Counted from the first letter of the stretch, positions 1-8,576 are shown. The stretch is 64,000 nucleotides of DNA from an uncultured Spirochaetota bacterium (GCA_963734495.1 CAVTHK010000007.1:1-64000); one strand, 5' to 3'. Program-made: numbers and translations. Notes: generated by a model from the sequence alone, not told the origin.

Positions 1-18
1 CGACTCCCGCCACCTCCA
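1..18 (+). ncRNA. ssrA: 3' end of tmRNA (T-loop and acceptor strand), cut by the window edge; could alternatively be an att-site copy
   Basis: CGACTCCCGCCACCTCCA matches the typical tmRNA terminus (GGTTCGACTCCCGCCACCTCCA). CCA is not encoded after it. Confidence 0.7.
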
Positions 19-64
19 TTGGGGCCCTCCGGGCCCCCAAGCCAAGTCCCCTTGCTGCAAGGGG
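19..64 (+). terminator. Two GC-rich hairpins directly downstream of the tmRNA end
   Basis: GGGGCCC-TCC-GGGCCCC (21-37) and CCCCTTGC-T-GCAAGGGG (48-64). No long U-tract, so terminator function is uncertain. Confidence 0.4.
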
Positions 65-278
65 TTAGGCTCCCACATCCGCCTTCCCAGTTCACTCGCG
101 GCCGTGCTGTCACTTAGGCCACCGCACCACGGTGACGGTGTCTCATTTGCAGGCAAGGAGGTGCAATAGCGAGGGTGGCCCTTTGATCGGCATGTGGTGA
201 CGCGAGTCTCCGCTTCGAAACAACGCGGGGGAAGCGTCGGCGTGATGGTTTCCGTCCTCCGCTCCACAATTTCCCCTC

Positions 279-749
279 TCACTTCACACCCGCACTGATT
301 CGCCCCTGAACGGATCGGATGATCAACAGAGGCCGATCAGTTCGATGCAACACCCCTGCCGCGACACTCCCATAGAAGAAAGCCGGCAATCCGCTTCTTC
401 CATGGCTCGCCAGCGCAATGAGGTCGACTTTCTCCCGCACGCCGAGATCGACAATCGTTCCCACGACAGGGCCGAGCAAAACATGCACGTGCGCTCGAAT
501 CCCCTTCTTCCGCAATCGCGCTTGAAGTCTTTCAAGGTAACTCCGGGCATCCTTGCGGACACGCTCGAGTATCTCTGGATCCAAGGGAGGAACGGGATCA
601 GCCATGTATACCGTCGCAAGAACAGGCTCCACAACTTGAAGCAGTACCACCTGCGACTTGCCATATCGGCGGGCAAGATCTTCAACGTACGGAACGATCT
701 TTTCCGCCCGTTTGGACCCATCCAAGGGTACTAGAATCTTCTTAAGCAT
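279..749 (-). CDS. Universal stress protein (UspA family)
   Basis: KKILVPLDGS N-terminus, DLIALASHGRSG...GSVAAGVL ATP-binding motif, PLLII C-terminus; GGAG RBS upstream. Confidence 0.95.
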   Translation of the reverse strand: MLKKILVPLDGSKRAEKIVPYVEDLARRYGKSQVVLLQVVEPVLATVYMADPVPPLDPEILERVRKDARSYLERLQARLRKKGIRAHVHVLLGPVVGTIVDLGVREKVDLIALASHGRSGLPAFFYGSVAAGVLHRTDRPLLIIRSVQGRISAGVK

Positions 750-882
750 CGTTCACTCCTTCGCGCGCCTCTCTTTTCGATAGTTGCCTGTCAACATGCC
801 GTCTGCAGTGGCACCAGCAGCTTGAGCGGCATTTCCGCTTCCGCCCCGCCGCGCACCACAGTCGCCGTGTTGCCGACCATTG

Positions 883-1222
883 CGGGCGTCCGCACCACAA
901 GGCGGATGGAAGGGAATTTCCTTGCCGCGAGATACCGGGCGGTCACTCCGTTGGCTGCGATCATGAGATCCTCGATGATCTCCTTGGCGCGGTTCTTGTG
1001 CTCTGCTTCTGGATCACGGACTTGGTCGCCGTCAAAGATCGTTTTCGCCTCGATGGTTTCCAGACTCAGCGCCCCGTGGACGTGCCGCGAAATCTTCAGG
1101 CTCTAGGCGATCCGGTCCTGCACGCGAAGATTCTCCGTCAGTCCATTGACAGCCGCAACGCCCTCAGGGACCGCGCCGTTGCCTTCCAGCCAGGCTGCCA
1201 CGGTGCTATAGGCGAGTTTCGC
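883..1222 (-). pseudogene. Internal fragment of an RNase II/RNB-domain exoribonuclease
   Basis: Manual translation: AKLAYSTVAAWLEG...LRVQDRIA*SLKISRHVHGALSLETIEAK...KNRAKEIIEDLMIAANGVTARYL...FPSIRLVVRTP. IEDLMIAAN is the RNB IEEFMxxAN motif. In-frame TAG at 1103-1105; no start and no C-terminus. Confidence 0.8.
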
Positions 1223-1428
1223 GGTCTGGCCCGCAAAGGCGAGCTTGTCCCCGTCAAGAGCGTGATCAGGCGACGTTGCCTCGAAGAAACTGAGTGCTTG
1301 ATGGTCAGAGTCGCTGTATCCGTGCCGACCTTATTGCTGTGGCCGAGTTCGCGCCACAGCCACCTCCTGGCGGAGGATCTCCAGCGACACCCAGAACTCA
1401 GTGCGTTTGGGTTTGGGGCCACTAAGAT

Positions 1429-2169
1429 TCAATTCCCCCTTCTTTCTTTCTTTCTTGCTTCTCGCCCCGCCTTTTCCGACTCCCCTATTCTCCTTTCTTC
1501 CCCTTCAGCTTCTTTTCTCTCTTTTTCTCTCACTTCTTTCCTTTCCTCTGCCGCCAGCTCTTCTTTCTTGTCTTGTTTCTCAGCCTCCTTTTTCTCTTGT
1601 CTCCCCATCTCGCTTCTTTCTTTTTTTCTTGCTTCTCGCCTCGCCTTTTCCAACTCCCCTATTTTCCTTTCTTCCCTTTCAGCTCCTGTTCTGTCTTTTT
1701 CTCTCGCTTCTCTTCTCACGCCTTCCTCCAGTCCCACCAATTTTTCATTGTAGAACTTGGAAGCTACGTCTATTACGTCTTCGGCTCTTTCGCTTATGAG
1801 TTTCTGATATTCGATTCTTCTCCCAAGGGCAGCGGCCAGGTCGGTGAGTCCTTCCTTCTCTACCTTCTCTTTTTCTTGCTCCTTCGCGTGTAAGCTCTTC
1901 GACGCGAGGTATTGGATGACTTTGATGTATCTTTCCCTTTCCCCCGCGTTTTGAGCGGCCTCGAAAATGGCCTTATCCAACGCGAGTCCAAACTCCCCGC
2001 TCTTTTCCGCTTCCTCGGTGAGGATGCCGAGATCCTTTTTGGATATTGCCGTTAACGGATTTTCATACATACAATTACTGAGACAATCATATAGTTTTGC
2101 ATCATCTCCACACAACTCCTTTAGCGAGCTTTCCTCTTTCTCCTTTTTCTCCTCTTTCCCCTTCCACAT
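1429..2169 (-). CDS. Hypothetical protein, helical N-domain plus E/K/R-rich repetitive C-terminal tail
   Basis: 246 aa ORF with GGAGG RBS; strongly AT-richer than the rest of the window; tail contains a duplicated 20-aa unit. Confidence 0.8.
   Translation of the reverse strand: MWKGKEEKKEKEESSLKELCGDDAKLYDCLSNCMYENPLTAISKKDLGILTEEAEKSGEFGLALDKAIFEAAQNAGERERYIKVIQYLASKSLHAKEQEKEKVEKEGLTDLAAALGRRIEYQKLISERAEDVIDVASKFYNEKLVGLEEGVRREAREKDRTGAEREERKIGELEKARREARKKERSEMGRQEKKEAEKQDKKEELAAEERKEVREKERKEAEGEERRIGESEKAGREARKKERRGN
1451..1684. repeat. Intragenic ~60 bp direct repeat (1451-1510 and 1625-1684)
   Basis: TTTCTTGCTTCTCGCCxCGCCTTTTCCxACTCCCCTATTxTCCTTTCTTCCCxTTCAGCT occurs twice, 174 bp (58 codons) apart. 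Confidence 0.9.
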
Positions 2170-2332
2170 AATTCAGCCTCCTTCCCTTGGCGTTCTTACC
2201 TGCCTCATAATGCTGAATGACAAGAACCTACTTCAAATACACAAAACGGGGAGTAGTGCTGTTGGGGGCTGGCGTGGAGTCTCTGCAGCAGCCTGACGGC
2301 TACCCAATCGAGGGCCGCGTGATAGGTCAACT

Positions 2333-2468
2333 TGGATTCGCGGCCGCGAAGGGCCGACTGATCAGCGACAACCAGAAACTCACGTCATCGCCCCGGGAGC
2401 TTGTGGCTTCAAAGGATACAAGTGTTGCGAGCGCCGCACATGCCTCAAGCTGAGGAAACACCGCAGCT
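2333..2468. repeat. Copy 1 of a duplicated non-coding element
   Basis: TGGATTCGCGGCCGCGAAGGGCCGACTGATCAGCGACAAC is identical to 3602-3641; similarity continues through CCCCGGGAGCTTG...AAGTGTTGCG...CATGCCTCAAGCT...AACAC. Confidence 0.95.
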
Positions 2469-2547
2469 CACCTTCTGTAGGCGCTCAAGTCTAGTGACCC
2501 ACCCCTCCGTCATCGAACTGACCCACCCGCAGTACATCGCCTTGCGC

Positions 2548-2865
2548 CTACTTCGAGGATAGCTCCCCTTTGTACGATCGCGCTTTACGACGGCCTGTCC
2601 GGAAACCTCGGACCTGGGTGGAGCTGGACGAATGCTGCTTCGTCCGGCGGTTGAGCCGATGCTCGCTGACCAGGAGCAGGCGCACTGCGCTGTTCCCTCT
2701 GGCTCCGAGCTCACGGGCTCGCGCCAGCTTCCGCCTCACCCCCTGCACGGCGCCCACCGTGCGCCGCATCACCCTAGCGATCTCCCTGGCCGTGCGGCCC
2801 TCCCGGTTTAGCTCAAGGAAACGCCTCAGCTCCGTCTCGCTCCACGACTTCCTGACTCTTTGCAT
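2548..2865 (-). CDS. Small basic protein with N-terminal helix-turn-helix (GcrA-N-like)
   Basis: WSETELRRFLELNREGRTAREIARVMRRTVGAVQG pattern; GGAGGT RBS 5 nt before the ATG. Confidence 0.65.
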   Translation of the reverse strand: MQRVRKSWSETELRRFLELNREGRTAREIARVMRRTVGAVQGVRRKLARARELGARGNSAVRLLLVSEHRLNRRTKQHSSSSTQVRGFRTGRRKARSYKGELSSK

Positions 2866-3194
2866 TGCCTACCTCCCCGCGGTGCAGTGTAGCGTTTGGC
2901 CGCAAGGACAAGCGAAACATTGCGAATCTCTTGCAGGACTCCATAGAACCTCGCGCGACATTCTGAGCCGGGCGTCAGCCCCTGTCTCGCAACCTCACCG
3001 ACGGGGACGCCCAGCCGGAAGTGTCGTTCTGGATCATTTCTTTCTCCTGTGCTTCGAGCGTTCCGCTATGCGCGGGAAGCTCGTCGCGCCGCGGCCTGGG
3101 CAGCCACGCTCATCAACACCAGCTTCTCGGCATGCCGTGCACCCGGTGTCGCGACGGTCTCGCGAAAACCCGCTGGCTCCGCGGTGCTGGGTCG

Positions 3195-3536
3195 TCAGCC
3201 TGCGATCTTCTTCGTCTTGGTTGCCGCGCCACCCGTCTTGATGACGACCTTCACAGCATCTTCCATTGGATCTTTGAAAGGCACCTCGATTCGAAGCAGG
3301 CCGTGCTCGTAGGTCGCTTCGGCCTTGTCAGGTTTCACCGGCCAACCCAGAGCCAGTGATGCAACGTAATCGATGTCCCTTGCTGGCGCTGTCAGGTGGA
3401 CGCTGTCTTCCAGGATCTTCACATCGACGGTATCCGCCGGCGCTCCTGGGATGGCGAACTCCACCACGAGCTTGCGGTTGTCCGAGTCAGCATACGCCAC
3501 TGTATCGGGCGCAACCTTCATTCGATAGTCCGACAT
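3195..3536 (-). CDS. Small heat-shock protein Hsp20/alpha-crystallin family
   Basis: VVEFAIPGA...DVKI...KAEATYEHGLLRIEVP motif. Start taken at MSDYRMK behind AAGGAG; TATACT -10 at about 3567-3572. Confidence 0.9.
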   Translation of the reverse strand: MSDYRMKVAPDTVAYADSDNRKLVVEFAIPGAPADTVDVKILEDSVHLTAPARDIDYVASLALGWPVKPDKAEATYEHGLLRIEVPFKDPMEDAVKVVIKTGGAATKTKKIAG

Positions 3537-3601
3537 CTTGGCACTCTCCTTTTGCTCCCAAGACAAAGTATAACGATGGCGGGCGTGAATAGATAGGAGC
3601 C

Positions 3602-3784
3602 TGGATTCGCGGCCGCGAAGGGCCGACTGATCAGCGACAACTAGAACTCACGTCTGATGGCAATCAGATCCCCCACTCTCCGACCGTACGCCTTTCTCAT
3701 CGCGCCCCGGGAGCTTGTAGCTTCAAAGGGTGCAAGTGTTGCGTGAGCGCCGGGCATGCCTCAAGCTAAGAGAACACTGCAACT
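3602..3784. repeat. Copy 2 of the duplicated element, with a 44-nt extra segment (3655-3698)
   Basis: Aligns with 2333-2468. The extra segment carries hairpin TCTGAT-GGCA-ATCAGA (3653-3668). Confidence 0.95.
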
Positions 3785-3952
3785 TGCAGAGCTGGCGAAG
3801 CAGGTGTTCAAGGACGGCTGAGACTACAGGGAGATCCTGAACGGCATGATCACGCCTCTCACCTTCGCGCTTCGGGCTCGCCCTCAGAGAACCGCGTTAA
3901 GGCTCTAGCGCACGCCGACAATAGAAACGTAGCTTGCATCGGTGGCCTGCCG

Positions 3953-4666
3953 CTATTTCTTGTGGGCAATCACATCGATTTCGATCTTGATATCGAACGG
4001 CATGTCGGCCTTGACGGTCGTGAGGGCAGGGAAAACCGGTCCGAAGTACTCCTTGTACTTCTCATTCACACGAGCCAAGTCGTTCATGTCGGCAAGATAG
4101 ACTGTGGCTTTGAGCACATTCTCGAGGCTGCTTCCCGCAGCTTCAAGGATGAGCCGGGTATTCTCAATGGCAACAGCCATTTCTTCCAGAACATCGCCGT
4201 GCATTACTTCGCCGGTGGCTCGGTCCACGGGACCCTGGCCGGAAACGAAAACGAGATCCTGCCAAATCATTGCCTGCGAGTAGGGTCCCTTCGGCGGGGG
4301 CGCATTTGGCGGGTTGACCGCTTTCGCGGCCTTCAGCAATTCGACGATCGTTGCATGACCGGCTTCCGAGGCAAATTGAAGGGCTGTCTGCCCGTACTTG
4401 GCCCTGGCGGCGACATTTGCCCCGGCCTTGACTAGCAAGCTGGCGATTTCGCCATGACCGTTCAGTGATGCGATCATCAGAGGTGTCCGCTTGAACTCGT
4501 CCGTGGTGTTGGGATCAGCTCCCTTTCCGAGCAACTGCTGTACCTTCCCGAGATTGCCCACCTCTGCCGCTTTCAGCAGTTCCGCATCCACGTTCTCCTT
4601 GCCGCAGGCTGCGATCAGCAGGCTCAAGGCCAGCACAGTGAGCGCAATAATGCTTTTGTGTCTCAT
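3953..4666 (-). CDS. Lipoprotein with ankyrin repeats fused to a C-terminal Rid (RidA/YjgF/UK114) domain
   Basis: Lipobox LIAAC; ankyrin motifs RTPLMIAS and GQTALQFAS; Rid motifs GPYSQA, VFVSGQGP, VLKATVYLADM, IEIDVIA. Confidence 0.9.
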   Translation of the reverse strand: MRHKSIIALTVLALSLLIAACGKENVDAELLKAAEVGNLGKVQQLLGKGADPNTTDEFKRTPLMIASLNGHGEIASLLVKAGANVAARAKYGQTALQFASEAGHATIVELLKAAKAVNPPNAPPPKGPYSQAMIWQDLVFVSGQGPVDRATGEVMHGDVLEEMAVAIENTRLILEAAGSSLENVLKATVYLADMNDLARVNEKYKEYFGPVFPALTTVKADMPFDIKIEIDVIAHKK

Positions 4667-4792
4667 TGATACTCGACCTCCAAGCCTATGGTATCATGGC
4701 GTTCCAGGAAGACGAAGCTCGCGTTCCCTGCCGGGTGGGAACGCCTGGACCGGTTTTTTGTGGGGAAGGCATTGACTGGTCAATGAAGAAAA

Positions 4793-4840
4793 GGTCTATT
4801 CCCCCTTGGGATATCCACGACGTGGGAGGGGGAATAGACC
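4793..4840 (+). promoter_or_regulatory. Hairpin occluding the RBS of the transposase-like ORF
   Basis: GGTCTATTCCCCCT (4793-4806) is the exact reverse complement of AGGGGGAATAGACC (4827-4840), which abuts the ATG at 4841. Confidence 0.7.
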
Positions 4841-5161
4841 ATGGAACTCGGATCAGTCATTCAGCAGGCTGAAGGTATCGTCAACGCGCTTGGGACCGCC
4901 ATCGAGGTGGAGGGGGTAGATCTGAAGGAGGCGGAGGAGCGAATCCTAAGGTTTGTTCACGGTATCGGCGCCTTGATGCTGCAGGAGCTCATCGATCGGG
5001 TGGCGGCACCTGTGATGGAAAATCGTCTGTGGGTCGATGGCGAGCAGGCCGTCTATGACCAGGAGCGGAACTTGAGGTTCCGTAACCGCTTTGGTGGGGC
5101 TCCCTCTGTCGGACCTACTGCGGCTTCAGTGTCGACGCCCCGACGACGCGGCAGGACCTGA
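4841..5161 (+). mobile_element. Truncated N-terminus of a putative ISKra4/UPF0236-like transposase
   Basis: DLKEAEERILRFVHGIGALMLQELI...RFRNRFGG resembles ISKra4/ISLre2-type N-termini. Similarity is lost after ~5100 and no DDE domain is present. Confidence 0.5.
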
Positions 5162-5250
5162 CGCCGCAAATCCTCTGTCTAGCGGCTATATTCCTCGCTT
5201 CCGTGAAGAGGAGATTGCATGGACGACTGCTTTCGCGAGGAGCACACTAC

Positions 5251-5907
5251 CTATCTAAAGACTTCTTTGATATCTCTTATGCTGTTCTTGATGGTCGTCC
5301 CGAGGATACTCGCCAGATTCTCGGGGAGGTGATTGATCAAGATGCTTCGGGAGACGGTGTCGTAGTCTTTGCCGGTTTCCAGGTGCTCGAATGTCCCCTT
5401 GGCATTGATTTCGAAAAGAATGGGTTCGTGCTTGGGACTCCGGTCGTCGACGTAACGCGCCGTTCCCGCCGAAAGGACGAGTTTGTCGATTCGCAGCTCG
5501 CCGGAATCGAGTCTGGATTTGGCGAAGCTTTGAAGCGTTTCGATGTTCAGATGATCGTCGGTGCCCTGGACCACGTCGATTTCAGCCGCATTCAGCTCAA
5601 GATACGTGGCGTGTAGTTTGCGTTTGAGGAGTTGGGAGGGAATCCATTCGCACTTGAGGTTCCGAATCACGAGCGCGCGGCGATGTTTGTAGCGGGGGGG
5701 ATTAATCACTTCGATCTCGCCAACCTCCGTGCGCGCAGAGAAAAGCGGCCAACGAAGATGGTGAATATCCAAGTGAAATCCCGTTTGTTTCCCGAATTGC
5801 GAGGCCAAGACGCTCGTGAGAACCGCGTTTCGAAGGAGCACTCCGAGAAGAAGGACGAGCGCGATGCTCGCCAACCCAATCGCCAGAATAGAAAGCTTCT
5901 TCGCCAT
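5251..5907 (-). CDS. AsmA-like membrane-anchored protein
   Basis: MAKKL plus TM anchor, then beta-rich AsmA-N pattern (IEVINPPRY...SQLLKRKLH...LNIETL). Start placed at ATG 5907. Confidence 0.7.
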   Translation of the reverse strand: MAKKLSILAIGLASIALVLLLGVLLRNAVLTSVLASQFGKQTGFHLDIHHLRWPLFSARTEVGEIEVINPPRYKHRRALVIRNLKCEWIPSQLLKRKLHATYLELNAAEIDVVQGTDDHLNIETLQSFAKSRLDSGELRIDKLVLSAGTARYVDDRSPKHEPILFEINAKGTFEHLETGKDYDTVSRSILINHLPENLASILGTTIKNSIRDIKEVFR

Positions 5908-6462
5908 GGTCTGTTTCCTAGCGCCCGCTCGTCTTGTAGCCAACTTGGGCTTCGCGCCCGGCGGCTTGCAGGACCGCGGTGCGCTTCGCGTCGGCCGGAC
6001 CGGTCGAGAAAGAGGCCGGAAGTCCGCCGCCTTTCTTGCAGCTAGAATCCCGGAATCGTTGCCCAAGACGCCACGGCTTCGTTGGGAGGATGACCAGCCT
6101 TGGCCAAGTGATCGGAACTCTATCCGCGTCCATGGATGAGACCGTAGCACTACGCCGATCTGACAGCAAGGTGAACCTACGCTTACCACGCCACCGAGAG
6201 GATTCAGGATCGGGATCGTGGGTTTCAGTCATAAGTGCGTCGACGAAGTCGAGGCTAGCCCGCCGCCTCTTACCAGGCGACGGAGTCTGGCCGTGGCGCC
6301 GGTCTCGGACAAGATTGACGTGCCCCCTCCAAAAGCCCTAAGCTTGCGGCAAGACGGAGCTTCGCATGGCGGGCATCCGGGTCGCCGGCGTTTGAAGCGC
6401 AGGATCGCACCGCAAGCCACCGATACAACAGCAATGACGCCGGCCAAACGAGGAGGCATGAA

Positions 6463-6621
6463 ATGGGTTTAGGATCCGTTCTGTTGATAGTTCTGGTGCT
6501 GGTGCTGATTGGTGCGATCCCTACCTGGCCGCACAGCAGGCGCTGGGGCTACGCTCCCAGCGGCGTTCTTGGACTGGTGTTATTGGTGGTTGTTGTTCTA
6601 GTGCTGTTGGGCAGGTTGTAG
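6463..6621 (+). CDS. DUF3309 family small membrane protein (52 aa, absent from the ORF track)
   Basis: MGLGSVLLIVLVLVLIGAIPTWPHSRRWGYAPSGVLGLVLLVVVVLVLLGRL with AGGAGG RBS; PTWPHSRxWGYxPSG signature. Confidence 0.92.
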   Translation: MGLGSVLLIVLVLVLIGAIPTWPHSRRWGYAPSGVLGLVLLVVVVLVLLGRL

Positions 6622-7149
6622 TGCGTCGATCCGCTCTCGCCTTATCACGGTCACACCGGCTCGGCAGACTCGAGTGACCGGCCCCGACCGATCGCTTCCC
6701 GCCATCCTCTTCGGTCTCTCGCCCGCTTCGGGCTCGAAGAGAACGCTCGCCGTCCGGGTCGGGGTTGCGGTGCTGCGGTCCGTTGCCGCGCGCGAAACGG
6801 AGGCCGGTTTTCGTCTGCTCCCAAGCGGCAGTTGGACCTGACGCAGCTACACGCCGATCCTCAGTGGCCTCCGCTGATCCGAGGCGCCACGAGGATTCCC
6901 CTCTCGCCGCAACCAGAGGTCGACGTTGGCGCCCCTGAGAAACACGGTCTGGCGACTCATGAGAGGCGTCCCGAGGACAGTCGCCGCACCGCGCAAGACA
7001 ACGTCCGCATTCTTGCATGCGGGAGCACGGAACCTATCCGCGAGCAGAAGCCCAGGACTTGTGTCCAGGGCAACCGCCACCAAACGCGCCAGACATGATA
7101 GACTGCCGCACGACCGGTGTGGTGCTGATCTCGGACGACGGGGGATGGC

Positions 7150-8407
7150 ATGAAAGAGGTTACGCTCCGCAGGGACGCATGGTTTGGCGACAGAGAGGTG
7201 AAACTCGCGCTTCCCGATGCCTGGGATGTGACCGTGTACCCGCCTCGCGCCGCGCCCGAGATGACGGATGCGTCCATTCGCGAGGCAGTGAGCAAGCCGA
7301 TCGGGACGCCTCCGCTGAAAGAGATGGCGAAGGGCAAGAAGAGTGTCGCCATCATCGTTGACGACCTCTCGCGTCCGACGCCTGCGTCACGCATCATCCC
7401 GTTCGTGCTCGATGAGCTGCTCGCCGCGGGTGTTCCGGATACGGGCATTCGCTTTGTTGTCGGTGGCGGTGCACACCGGCCCCTCACGCCTGACGAAAAG
7501 GCGCGCAAGGTCGGCCAAGCCGTCGCAACCAGAGTACGAGGTGCTCGACCATGACGCGTACAGCGGCTCGCTATGCCCGATGGGCAACCTCCCGGACGGC
7601 ACGCCGGTCTACCTCAACGAGGCCGTGGCGCAGGCGGAGTTGAAGCTGGCCGTGGCGGGCATCTGCCCTCACTCGATGGTCGGGCTCGGCGGCGGCGCCA
7701 AGATCATCGTCCCCGGCGTAGTGGGCATCGCTACCATCCGCTACAACCACGATCTGTACCCGCACCGCGGCCGCGGGATCGTCGAAAGCCCTGATTCGAC
7801 GATAGCAGACGCACGCGACAACATGGAGGCAGTTGCCAGGCATGTCGGCCTTGGCATGATCTTCAACACGGTGGTCAACGGCGACCGGAAGGTGGCTGGC
7901 CTGTTCGTCGGCGACGTCGTCGCTGCGCACCGGGCGGGCGCGGCATTCGCCGCGCGAATTGGCGAGACCGTGCTGCCGAAGCAGGAAGCAGAATCCACGG
8001 ATATCGCGTTCATCAACGCCTATCCGCAAGACATGGACCCCGTGCAGGTCACCAAGTCCGACTGGCCGTGGCAGGTGTTCAAGAGCGCCTACAAGGTGAT
8101 GGTCAACTCCGCGAGCGACGGCATCCTCTATCATGGCGTCTCGGACAAGATGGACTTCCGCCGCTGGCTATCCACGAAACACGAGCGGCCCAAGGTAGCT
8201 GTACCAAAGAGCGTGGCCATCGCCTCTCGGGACCAGTACATCATGCTCTCCGAGCACATGCTGGCGGAGGACTTCTACCGGCGCAACAGGGATGGCGCGT
8301 TCTTCACGTCGTGGGACAGCGTAGTGGCAGCGCTCAACCGTGTCTGCCCAAAGGCCAAGGTCGCCGTTATTCCCACTGCGCCCATACAGATCCCCAAAGT
8401 GGTGTAG
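7150..8407 (+). CDS. LarA-family (nickel-pincer cofactor) racemase/epimerase; frameshift near 7530
   Basis: DDLSRPTP, GAHRP, DHDA, PHSMVGLGGGAKIIVPG, RYNH across ORFs 7150-7554 and 7343-8407. Confidence 0.88.
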
Positions 8408-8576
8408 AGGCAACACCGCCTCAACGAGGATGCCTTGTCGGCTCGAAATCGGGGCGGGTCCGCCATGTTGGCGGCGTAAAGCCCCCATCGCGACGCAAGC
8501 ACTTGCAGCGCGACACATGCCCCTCAATCGCAGGAACCTGGTGCCGTCCGTGATCGACTAACACAGGAGGTGTCAC

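Noticed and set aside
1138-1422. ELGHSN motif suggesting a tyrosine integrase C-terminus
   Set aside because: No HxxR motif or catalytic Tyr; the ORF overlaps the RNB remnant in another frame.
2351-2394. Hammerhead-ribozyme-like order CTGATCA...GAAAC...GTC in repeat copy 1
   Set aside because: Core reads CUGAUCA rather than CUGANGA, stem II cannot form, and copy 2 has GAAC instead of GAAAC.
2333-3784. Repeats as a CRISPR array or DGR template/variable pair
   Set aside because: Only two long copies, no spacer periodicity, differences not adenine-specific, and no cas or reverse transcriptase gene in the window.
4770-4785. CATTGAC-TG-GTCAATG as an FNR/CRP box
   Set aside because: Half-site spacing is 2 nt rather than the 4 nt of TTGAT-N4-ATCAA.
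5918-6459. Short ORFs between the AsmA-like gene and DUF3309, and at 6620-7100
   Set aside because: No recognisable motifs, RBS or codon bias; left as unexplained island DNA.
3868-6736. CGCTTCGGGCTCG shared at about 3868 and 6724 as possible attC/REP sites
   Set aside because: Only 13 bp, no RYYYAAC/GTTRRRY boxes and no integron integrase.
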